In this document: positions 1 through 8,300 of the stretch, one piece after another
Position numbering within the stretch: the stretch's first letter is position 1
Layout of the letters: each line of letters starts with the position of its first letter
Notes under the pieces: model-generated
The model's input: the letters and a program-made list of their open reading frames with translations, nothing else
Told to the model about the DNA's origin: nothing
The model's database searches: none
DNA from: Raphidiopsis brookii D9
GTDB taxonomy: Bacteria; Cyanobacteriota; Cyanobacteriia; Cyanobacteriales; Nostocaceae
Reading direction: 5' to 3'
DNA: 32,000 nt
Assembly: GCA_000175855.1 (NCBI GenBank)
Contig: ACYB01000004.1
Span: forward strand, 60,001 to 92,000
Made by a program: the position numbers and the translations under genes

Positions 1-807
1 GGTCAATTCCAAAACCGTAATATTCACTTCGGGGTCAGAGAACATGCTATGGGTGCCATCTGTAATGGTATGGCTTTACATGGCTCAGGTTTAATTCCTT
101 ATGGTGCGACCTTCCTAATTTTCACTGACTATATGCGGGCTGCTATTCGCTTGTCTGCTTTATCTGAAGCTGGAGTAATTTGGGTAATGACTCACGACTC
201 CATTGGTCAGGGGGAAGATGGTCCAACCCACCAACCGATTGAAACCCTAGCTTCTCTGCGTGCGATTCCTAATTTGACAGTGATTCGTCCTGCTGATGGC
301 AATGAATCTTCTGGAGCTTACACTGTAGCTATTACCAGAGCTAAACAAAATGCTCCTACCCTGTTGGCTTTCACGAGACAAAATGTTCCTAACTTAGCAG
401 GTACATCCGTGGAGGGTGTGACTAAGGGTGGTTATATCATTCTAGATTCTCCAGGTACACCAGATATCATCCTGATTGGCACAGGTTCAGAATTAAGTCT
501 CTGTGTAGGTGCTGCTGAAAAACTAACTGCTACAGGTAAGAAGGTGCGCGTAGTTTCTATGCCTTCTACAGACTTGTTTGAACAGCAAGATAGTTCCTAT
601 AAAGAGTCGGTACTGCCAAAAGGGGTAACCAAGCGTCTAGCTGTAGAAGCTGGAAGCAGCTTTGGCTGGCACAAATATATTGGAATTGAAGGTGATGCTG
701 TTAGTATTGACAGATTTGGTGCTTCTGCGCCAGGTGGCACTTGTCTGGAGAAATTTGGATTTACCGTTGACAACGTGGTAGCTAAAGCTCAAGCATTGTT
801 GGGTTAG
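1..807 (+). CDS. tkt: Transketolase, C-terminal part (5' end outside window)
   Basis: Frame is open from base 1 ([28 protein letters not shown]...) with transketolase core sequence ([32 protein letters not shown]). TAG stop at 805-807. Confidence 0.97.
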   Translation, partial: GQFQNRNIHFGVREHAMGAICNGMALHGSGLIPYGATFLIFTDYMRAAIRLSALSEAGVIWVMTHDSIGQGEDGPTHQPIETLASLRAIPNLTVIRPADGNESSGAYTVAITRAKQNAPTLLAFTRQNVPNLAGTSVEGVTKGGYIILDSPGTPDIILIGTGSELSLCVGAAEKLTATGKKVRVVSMPSTDLFEQQDSSYKESVLPKGVTKRLAVEAGSSFGWHKYIGIEGDAVSIDRFGASAPGGTCLEKFGFTVDNVVAKAQALLG

Positions 808-951
808 TCACCTGGCATATTTAATGGTTATATGCGGGGTAGGATTTTATTCCTACCCTTTTTCTTGGTAAGTTGTCAACCTGCAACAAATTAGACTACA
901 CTAAAAGCAGTAAAAGATAAAGAAATATTAAAATCTGTTGTTAGTGCAATC

Positions 952-2220
952 ATGGAATGTATCATAAATAGGCGCGCCCAATTTTCAGCAAGTCATCGGT
1001 ATTGGTTACCAGAACTTGGTGAAGCGCAAAATGTAGGAAAATTTGGTCTGTGTGCGAAATTTCCTGGACATGGACATAATTACGTGCTATTCATTTCCAT
1101 GTCGGGTGAACTGGATGAATATGGAATGGTACTTAATCTATCTGACGTGAAACAGGTAATTAAGAGTGAAGTTACCAGCGAACTAGACTTTTCTTACCTC
1201 AATGAGGTGTGGGAAGAATTTCAAGCCACCCTACCCACCACAGAAAATATTGCTAGGGTAATTTGGAACCGTTTGACACCTCATTTACCCTTGGTGCGCG
1301 TGCAGCTATTTGAACATCCCCAACTGTGGACAGAATACGAGGGGAAAGGGGAAAAAATCTCCTTAACCGCGAGAAGTCATTTCAGTGCTGCACATCGGTT
1401 AGCACCCAATCTACGTGCAGAAAAATATGGCAAATGTACCCGTACTCATGGACATAATTATCATTTGGAAGTGACTGTGGAAGGGGAAATGGATGGACGC
1501 ACGGGAACGATTGTGGACCTTGGCTGTTTACATGAAACTGTGGAACGGGAGATCCTGGAATTATTTGACCATTCCTGTATTAATGAAGACATTCCCTACT
1601 TTTCTACCTCCCATATAGTTCCTACTACGGAAAATATTGCCCGATACATGAGTGATTTGCTGCAATTTCCCATTAGTGAACTGGGGGTGAAATTGTCCCG
1701 GGTAAAATTATTTGAAAGTGACCACCTGTGGGTAGAGTATGAAGGTAAGGACTCAGAAATATTTTTTAGTGTAGCTACGGGTTTTAGTGCAGCACACAGA
1801 TTGGCCGACCCTACCCTTAGTTTGGAGAAAAATCAGACCATTTATGGCAAATGCTCTCGCATTAATGGTCACGGACATAATTATCATTTGGAAGTGACGG
1901 TTCGGGGGGAGATAGATTCAGTCACGGGAATGAGTGTTGATTTGGTGGGATTAAATCAGATAATTCAACACTATGTCATTGAACCTATGGATCATAGTTT
2001 CTTAAATCAAGACCTCCCCTATTTTACTGAGGTTGTACCAACTGCAGAAAATATTGCTGTTTATATTAGCGATGTAGTGCGATCGCCCATTGAGGAGTTA
2101 GGAGCAAAACTGCACAAGGTTAAACTAATTGAAAGTCCCAACAATTCCTGTGAAATTTATGCTAAAGATATAGAAGAAAGCAGAGTTGATCGGGTAGACC
2201 GTGAACTAGCAGTAGTTTGA
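952..2220 (+). CDS. queD: 6-pyruvoyl-tetrahydropterin synthase / 6-carboxytetrahydropterin synthase-like protein with three tandem domains
   Basis: Three repeats of the PTPS/QueD signature: FSASHR...C-x5-HGHNY, HFSAAHR...C-x3-HGHNY, GFSAAHR...C-x5-HGHNY. Confidence 0.88.
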   Translation: MECIINRRAQFSASHRYWLPELGEAQNVGKFGLCAKFPGHGHNYVLFISMSGELDEYGMVLNLSDVKQVIKSEVTSELDFSYLNEVWEEFQATLPTTENIARVIWNRLTPHLPLVRVQLFEHPQLWTEYEGKGEKISLTARSHFSAAHRLAPNLRAEKYGKCTRTHGHNYHLEVTVEGEMDGRTGTIVDLGCLHETVEREILELFDHSCINEDIPYFSTSHIVPTTENIARYMSDLLQFPISELGVKLSRVKLFESDHLWVEYEGKDSEIFFSVATGFSAAHRLADPTLSLEKNQTIYGKCSRINGHGHNYHLEVTVRGEIDSVTGMSVDLVGLNQIIQHYVIEPMDHSFLNQDLPYFTEVVPTAENIAVYISDVVRSPIEELGAKLHKVKLIESPNNSCEIYAKDIEESRVDRVDRELAVV

Positions 2221-2327
2221 AACAAGTGCAGTAGCATGAAGTTGGGGGAATGGGGATTCTAAACGGTTAACTCAACTACATGGCATAATTCAAAGAATGC
2301 CAATTCTACAAACTAGAGGATCATCCC

Positions 2328-2825
2328 ATGACTAGAAACAAGTTCAAGCTACATGATCTACCTTGGGTAAATAGACTAAAGATAATACTATTAACCTTGA
2401 CCATTAGCATTATTACTCCTTTACCAGCATCTCAAAAAATTGCTGAAGCCATACCCACATCCAAAAAATCTCCACAGCGATGGATTCAGGTGGACCTATC
2501 ACAGCAAAAATTAACTGCTTGGGAAGGTAAAACACGGGTCCACACAGTTAAAATTTCCTCTGGTAAAAAGTCAACTCCCACTCCTGTGGGTAGATTCCGG
2601 ATTCAAAGTAAACATAGAACCACCCGAATGCGGGGTAGGGGATATGATCTTGCCAATGTGCCCTACACCCTATATTATGATGGTAGTTATGCTATTCATG
2701 GAGCATACTGGCATAAACGTTTTGGTACGCCAGTAAGCCATGGTTGTATAAATCTGCCCCCTAACCGTGCTAAGTTAATATTTAACTGGGCTAGTGTAGG
2801 TACAACTGTAGTAGTTGAACAATAG
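2328..2825 (+). CDS. L,D-transpeptidase (YkuD domain), probably exported
   Basis: N-terminal hydrophobic segment (IILLTLTISIITPL). YkuD features IQVDLSQQKLTAWEG, TPTPVGRFRI, YAIHGAYW and catalytic SHGCINL. Confidence 0.92.
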   Translation: MTRNKFKLHDLPWVNRLKIILLTLTISIITPLPASQKIAEAIPTSKKSPQRWIQVDLSQQKLTAWEGKTRVHTVKISSGKKSTPTPVGRFRIQSKHRTTRMRGRGYDLANVPYTLYYDGSYAIHGAYWHKRFGTPVSHGCINLPPNRAKLIFNWASVGTTVVVEQ

Positions 2826-2845
2826 AATATACTACTCCCAGTTAT

Positions 2846-4723
2846 CTATTGGACACTCTTGGTCAAATTAGTTCTTAAAGAAGCAAAATGCTGACCACCA
2901 AGTTCAATTTTATCCGCGATACAACCATGTTTCAACCTATCAATTAGATATTCTGTGTCTCGAGCAATTAAATTAGTACCATGGTCTGGTTCTATTAAGC
3001 TGACTAGTTTGATGTGTTTTGTTGGTTGAACGGAGAAATTAGCAAGGCCCAGAAAATTAAACACACCTGACTCATAAGTACCACAGGGTACAGAAGGATT
3101 ATCAACACCAAAACAATATTCATCCTCTTGAAACCAATCAAAAGCGGGATAACCATGAAAGTGAACAATTGGGGCTCCATTTTCAATTAGTTCTGGTGCA
3201 TATAAAGCAGCAGACAAACTAATTGCCAGCATGACATAAATATCGTAGGAAGGTTTGATGTCAGATTTATGGGAATTATTTGCTGGTGGTAGTTGGAGAT
3301 GTAAATTATTGGTTAGTCCAATGCGCAGAACATCCTGTTCCAAACTCAGGTCTGTTTTATTGGAACCTGAGCGGGAACTAACTAACCAAATATCGGGAAT
3401 TTGCTTAAATATATAATCTGCACCAATCCGTGTTTTTAAAAACCGTCTACCTGATTGATTTTTTCGCACTTCATCACTATTCAATCCAGGAATTGCTAAT
3501 AAATCTTCCCATTGGGTGGCACTTATTTCCCTTTCTCCCACATAGGAAGGTGGTTCTATATAGGCTATAAAACCATAGGAAACGCCAGTTCTCCCATTGA
3601 CGATAACATTTACTATATCCCTATGGGATTTTCTTTTAATCACCTCGGTTAATTTGAAACCTGGTGGAAACAAACCTGTTGAGGTCAGTTCCTTACCTAA
3701 CTTTGCTAATTTGTGAGCATAGGGAGATAGATAGGGATTATAGACTCCCAGTTCAAATCTATTCATTAATAGGGGAGTAATGGGAACATAAATTTTAGGA
3801 ATTAGGGATTTTAATATGAAATCATCAATTTCTGTCCTAGGAAAAATAGAATCAGATAAATTCATATTTAGGATAGAGATTTGTTCTTTAGATACCCCTA
3901 TTACTATTTCAGAAAATGTTTGAATCAGGGTGTTAATTCCAATACTAATTTTCTCTTGATAGTGAGTTAATGGACTCACAAATTTATCATCGATGTCGCT
4001 AAGAATGATCACTTGAGTATTGGTGGGATCTTCAACATATTTAGCAGCGTGGTCTTCGGCCCAACTACTCAACTTAGCAATTTGCACAACAGACATGTTC
4101 TGTTTATTGATTAACCAATGATAAGATAAAGTGTAAATACTTTCCGCGACAAATATACCTAACTTTCTGAACCATGAATTGGGTCTTGCTACATCTATTA
4201 CCGCATTAATTTCTGATCTTACCCCCTTAATTGTAAAAGAATAATGCCAATTAATAATGGGAATATTAATTTTATAACAAAAGTCCCTAATAGAATCTTG
4301 CCAAGGAACCACAGCAACACCCAGAGTTTTTAATTTAATAGCTAAATCCTGACGGAATTTAGTAATTCTATGATTATCATACCCATTGGGTAAGGGTCTA
4401 AAGGTGACACTGAGGTTTTTAGCCATAATGTGCGGGTTAATAATGGGGGGTTGATATTCTATAGGTAGTTCACTTGTGAACCCCCCAATCAACTTACCAA
4501 TGGTTTGTAAACTAATACCGGAAATGGGATTTTCTGTGGTAGAGTTGCTAGAGATATCCATTTCTTGCAATAGGGCCAAAATATCTCCTTTATGGGTAGC
4601 AATTTCCGCTTGCATTTCCGGTGTAATTATTCCTTTGGGAGAGCGGATATTTAGTTGTTGATTCTCGATCCAAAATTCCACACCTTGCTTAGTTAAAAGT
4701 GCTAAGATTTCTGATGCGTTCAT
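2846..4723 (-). CDS. TubC N-terminal docking domain fused to a large uncharacterised region (about 625 aa)
   Basis: The track ORF reaches 4942, but an internal ATG at 4723 is preceded by GGAG (TTGGAGACTTAGTCATG) and avoids overlap with the ACP ORF. The N-terminus MNASEILALLTKQGVEFWIENQQLNIRSPKGIITPEMQAEIATHKGDILALLQ resembles TubC docking domains. The rest matches no family I recognise. Confidence 0.75.
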   Translation of the reverse strand: MNASEILALLTKQGVEFWIENQQLNIRSPKGIITPEMQAEIATHKGDILALLQEMDISSNSTTENPISGISLQTIGKLIGGFTSELPIEYQPPIINPHIMAKNLSVTFRPLPNGYDNHRITKFRQDLAIKLKTLGVAVVPWQDSIRDFCYKINIPIINWHYSFTIKGVRSEINAVIDVARPNSWFRKLGIFVAESIYTLSYHWLINKQNMSVVQIAKLSSWAEDHAAKYVEDPTNTQVIILSDIDDKFVSPLTHYQEKISIGINTLIQTFSEIVIGVSKEQISILNMNLSDSIFPRTEIDDFILKSLIPKIYVPITPLLMNRFELGVYNPYLSPYAHKLAKLGKELTSTGLFPPGFKLTEVIKRKSHRDIVNVIVNGRTGVSYGFIAYIEPPSYVGEREISATQWEDLLAIPGLNSDEVRKNQSGRRFLKTRIGADYIFKQIPDIWLVSSRSGSNKTDLSLEQDVLRIGLTNNLHLQLPPANNSHKSDIKPSYDIYVMLAISLSAALYAPELIENGAPIVHFHGYPAFDWFQEDEYCFGVDNPSVPCGTYESGVFNFLGLANFSVQPTKHIKLVSLIEPDHGTNLIARDTEYLIDRLKHGCIADKIELGGQHFASLRTNLTKSVQ

Positions 4724-4781
4724 GACTAAGTCTCCAATATGAAAAAAAGTGATTAATGATAAAAAGCTGCGAGAAAAAAAA

Positions 4782-4829
4782 GACACTTGGCTGAACGGAT
4801 TGTATAGTCCTCCATTCAGTCCCAGTGTC
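4782..4829 (-). terminator. Intrinsic-terminator-like hairpin plus T8 tract between the ACP gene and the TubC-fusion gene
   Basis: Minus strand: GACACTGGGACTGAATGGA-(loop)-TCCGTTCAGCCAAGTGTC followed at once by TTTTTTTT. The arms pair with about two mismatches and one bulge. Confidence 0.6.
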
Positions 4830-4857
4830 AGTCTTAGAGGAGGAAAACTGGAAAATC

Positions 4858-5145
4858 TTAAATTTGCAATATTTCTGAGGAGGAATTTTCTAATTCTTGA
4901 GCTAATCGTTGTGCTAATTGTTGAATGGTGGGATAGTACCACAAGTACATCAGGGACAATTTAAATCCCAAAATTTTTTCGGCTTTACTTGCTAAAATCA
5001 TAGCTTGTTGTGAATCTAAACCATAACTATCTAAAGGTTGTTGAATATCTATTTCTTCTGGATTTACTCCTAATATGAAAGCAATGTTGTTAACTAGCCA
5101 ATGTTCAATATCCCCAGCACTATTTAGCTTAGTTATTTGACTCAT
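4858..5145 (-). CDS. Stand-alone acyl/peptidyl carrier protein (phosphopantetheine attachment site)
   Basis: 95 aa with the carrier motif LDSYGLDSQQAMILASKAEKILGFKLSLMYLWYYPTIQQLAQRLA. Confidence 0.9.
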   Translation of the reverse strand: MSQITKLNSAGDIEHWLVNNIAFILGVNPEEIDIQQPLDSYGLDSQQAMILASKAEKILGFKLSLMYLWYYPTIQQLAQRLAQELENSSSEILQI

Positions 5146-5184
5146 CTATTTACCTCCAGTTTCTTAATCATTAAAATCTTTAAT

Positions 5185-6558
5185 TCATGATACCTGAGAT
5201 GATAAATAGGAAATTTCTTCAATCATTTCCATAAATTCATTCACCAGTTTTTCCATAGTGGGTTGACTCAGGGAAGGTTGGGAAAAGACGAAATTTAATA
5301 ACATCTTGCCTTGAAAAGTGGCAACATGAAGGATAAACATACCTGCATATAGTGCGTGAGAACCCGCAAAACTGATTTCTTCAAGTTGTAATTCACCATA
5401 TATTTCAGGGATGTTAACCTTACCAATATTAGAAACGGAAACATTAGCAGCAATTTGATGAGGAAATAGAAAGCAAAAGTTAATCAGATGTTTAGCAAGA
5501 AATACCATTTTAAAAATATCCCCTCTATGGATACTTGCTGCTAAGGATTGTTTAATCCTCCTGGCCAGATCCCAAAAATAGGTGTTGGTTGTGATAGTGT
5601 GAAAACTCATCTGGGATGTGGCTAATAGACCAATATTCTCTTCATTGATGGGTGGTTGTAAACGTCTTCTTAAGTCAAAGTAGGATAGACAATTTAATCG
5701 AATAGACTTACACTGCTGGTTGAGAATTTTTTTAGCTACTGTCAATAACATGGCAGCAGATAAGGCACTTTGTACTGTGGCATTTTCTGCTCGACATTGG
5801 GCAAAAAATTTTTCAGCTGTCTCTGATAATATTTGTCTATGAATTATTTGGGAGTTCCTCTGAGAAATGGGAACATATTTTTCCACTTTTAAAGTTTGTG
5901 GAGGGTTAGTCAGTTTCTCCCAGGCGATCTTTAACAGTAATATCCATCTATTTAACTTTGCTCCTTTTAAATGACCCAATATTTTTTCTGGTGGTGGTAA
6001 TGGGGGTAAAAGACTAAGCGTATCCGAAAAATTACCAGAGGTAATTTGTGCATAATAGGTGAAGATTTCTGAATGTAGATTAACACTTGATAAACCATCA
6101 GCAATTGCATGATGTACGGTAGTCAATAGATGATTAACCTTTGGATTTTCTTGATTAATAATTAGTACCGCTCGCATCAGGTATCTACCACTATCAATTG
6201 GTTGATTCATTTCCTGATTAACAACTTCTTGCCATTCTTTCTCCTCCGAATTAATTACCGCCCGTAAAGGTATTTTTTCTGTAGTACCCGGTTGCAAATA
6301 AAACCGATTGCGAAAATTATGTTGATGGGTAATAATATGAGAGTTCAGAACTAAATGACGATACTGCAAAATATCTAGAGCTTCTCTCAAAACTGGTTTG
6401 TGGATGTAGCCTCGAATGCAACTAATAGTAACCAAATTCCAGGTTTTCGCACGTTGGTTGAGAAGTTCCATAGTAGTTTCTAAACTACTCAATTGTCTTG
6501 TATGGACAGGATTAAAAAAATATTTAGAGTTTTTCTGGAATATATTGAGTATACTCAT
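5185..6558 (-). CDS. Condensation-domain-like acyltransferase (NRPS C-domain / PapA-type superfamily)
   Basis: HHxxxDG-type motif HHAIADGLS, and C-domain-like downstream sequence (NVSNIGKVNIPEIYG). The ATG at 6558 overlaps the end of the upstream PfaD-like gene. Confidence 0.82.
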   Translation of the reverse strand: MSILNIFQKNSKYFFNPVHTRQLSSLETTMELLNQRAKTWNLVTISCIRGYIHKPVLREALDILQYRHLVLNSHIITHQHNFRNRFYLQPGTTEKIPLRAVINSEEKEWQEVVNQEMNQPIDSGRYLMRAVLIINQENPKVNHLLTTVHHAIADGLSSVNLHSEIFTYYAQITSGNFSDTLSLLPPLPPPEKILGHLKGAKLNRWILLLKIAWEKLTNPPQTLKVEKYVPISQRNSQIIHRQILSETAEKFFAQCRAENATVQSALSAAMLLTVAKKILNQQCKSIRLNCLSYFDLRRRLQPPINEENIGLLATSQMSFHTITTNTYFWDLARRIKQSLAASIHRGDIFKMVFLAKHLINFCFLFPHQIAANVSVSNIGKVNIPEIYGELQLEEISFAGSHALYAGMFILHVATFQGKMLLNFVFSQPSLSQPTMEKLVNEFMEMIEEISYLSSQVS

Positions 6559-8188
6559 CGGGAATCTGTAATCCTTGAATTTTTAAGTTTTGGATGCGGT
6601 ATAGGAATGCTGCTCCCGTCATGATATGGTTAGCAACTTCAACAACTTGACGATTTTGAGGTTGAGCTAAATAAGAACCTTGCACCCAATCATTAAAGCT
6701 ACCCATAGCTGGTCCACACCAAATTTGATAGTCAATTTCTCTACCCTTTTCTCCAGTATTGGACCAACGAGAAGAGAGTCCTAAATACCAACGGAAAATT
6801 AATGCCATTTTCAATTTAGGATTGTTTGCTGCTTTGGTTAACTTTTCTGGATTTCTTTGAGATAAATAATTAATTGTCTCTTGCCAAACCTCCTGCCAAG
6901 ATTTTTTAAAAACTTGTTTTTCTAATTTATCTCTTTCTGAGTTGGGAACTTCCTCTATTGATTGATAGGTTTTATATAACTCATATAGTTTTTGAGCGCG
7001 GAGGGGAAAAAGAGTTCCTCGTTTGAGAACTTGTAATTTCACACCCATTTCAAACATATCAGCTGCTGGAGCCATCATCACATCAGCCATTTGAGCTTGG
7101 GCTAATAATTGCTTTGTGTGTGCAGAAGTTCCAGCTTCCATACAAGATTGATTTACGGAACCGGTAACAACATAAGCAGCACCCATAATAAAAGCAGCTA
7201 AGGCTGATTTGGGTGTGGAAATTCCCCCAGCTACACCAATTCTTACTGGATTTTTATAATTGTATTGATTTTGAATTTCATTTCTTAGTTCCAGAATAGA
7301 AGGTAATAAACAAATTAGGGGACGATTATCCGTATGTCCTCCGGAATCAGCTTCCACCGTGATATCATCGGCCATGGGAATTTGACTGGCAATATTAGCT
7401 TGTAGTTCACTAATTAAACCTTGTGCTACCAGTTGTTTAAGAATTTGAGTGGGAGCAGGATGTAAAAATTTTGCTGCTACCTCCTGACGGGAAATTTTAG
7501 CAATAACTTTATTTCCGATTTCAATTTCATTAGCTGAATTTAGACTCAATCCCGCAGCTCGATAATAAACTATGTTGTCAGTTAAATCTAAAAAGGCTGA
7601 TGCTTCAACTACTTTGACATGGTATTTTAGGTACAAATCTACGTTATGTCGTTCTATTGCTGGTTCACTAGGACTATGGAGTAAGTTAAAACCGTAAGGT
7701 TGTTGATTTAGGGAATGTTGAATTTTATCAATGGCTTTTTCCACACGAGAGGGAGATAAACCACCCGCACCAAAGACGCTTAAAATTCCCGCTCTCCCCA
7801 ATGCAATTACCATTTCTTCTGATGCTATTCCCTGGGCCATTGCTCCAGTCATATAAGCATATTTCACACCATAAGACTTGAGAAAATTTTCATCCCCCAG
7901 TTGTACAGTTGTTAAGGAAGGAACCGTCATTAACATTTCTAGCTGAGTACTACCCCCAGAGACACTTTCTTCATTGGTAATACCAATTTTATTTTCATGT
8001 CTGACTATATAACAAGGTTTTTCTAAGACTCCCAACTTTGATTTGATTTCTTTTGCATCGAATGCAACCGTATTAAAATCACCTTGCCATGAGCGATGGT
8101 TAATAAGATGATTAATAAATAAATTAGAAACTCGCAGATAATTATCTCGATTAATGTCTAGATTGATGATATTTTCTGTAACTAACAT
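6524..8188 (-). CDS. pfaD: PfaD-family enoyl reductase / 2-nitropropane-dioxygenase-like flavoprotein
   Basis: Contains KYAYMTGAMAQGIASEEMVIALGRAGILSVFGAGGLSP, EADSGGHTDNRP, RIGVAGGISTPKSALAAFIMGAAYVVTGSVNQ, TSAHTKQLLAQAQMADVMMAPAADMFEMGVKLQVLKRGTLFPLRA. Confidence 0.92.
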   Translation of the reverse strand: MLVTENIINLDINRDNYLRVSNLFINHLINHRSWQGDFNTVAFDAKEIKSKLGVLEKPCYIVRHENKIGITNEESVSGGSTQLEMLMTVPSLTTVQLGDENFLKSYGVKYAYMTGAMAQGIASEEMVIALGRAGILSVFGAGGLSPSRVEKAIDKIQHSLNQQPYGFNLLHSPSEPAIERHNVDLYLKYHVKVVEASAFLDLTDNIVYYRAAGLSLNSANEIEIGNKVIAKISRQEVAAKFLHPAPTQILKQLVAQGLISELQANIASQIPMADDITVEADSGGHTDNRPLICLLPSILELRNEIQNQYNYKNPVRIGVAGGISTPKSALAAFIMGAAYVVTGSVNQSCMEAGTSAHTKQLLAQAQMADVMMAPAADMFEMGVKLQVLKRGTLFPLRAQKLYELYKTYQSIEEVPNSERDKLEKQVFKKSWQEVWQETINYLSQRNPEKLTKAANNPKLKMALIFRWYLGLSSRWSNTGEKGREIDYQIWCGPAMGSFNDWVQGSYLAQPQNRQVVEVANHIMTGAAFLYRIQNLKIQGLQIPDEYTQYIPEKL

Positions 8189-8300
8189 TGTGGAAAACCT
8201 TTGTTGGAAGTGATTGGGGAAACCTATGAGCAGGAGGATATTGAACTAATACTTCCCACCCACTCCTCCCCCTTGTTTGATATAAATTTTGATATCAACC

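Noticed and set aside
4724-4942. N-terminal 73-codon extension of the TubC-fusion ORF
   Set aside because: It overlaps the ACP gene and spans the hairpin/T8 element. The internal ATG at 4723 has a good GGAG ribosome-binding sequence and begins exactly at the TubC-like domain.
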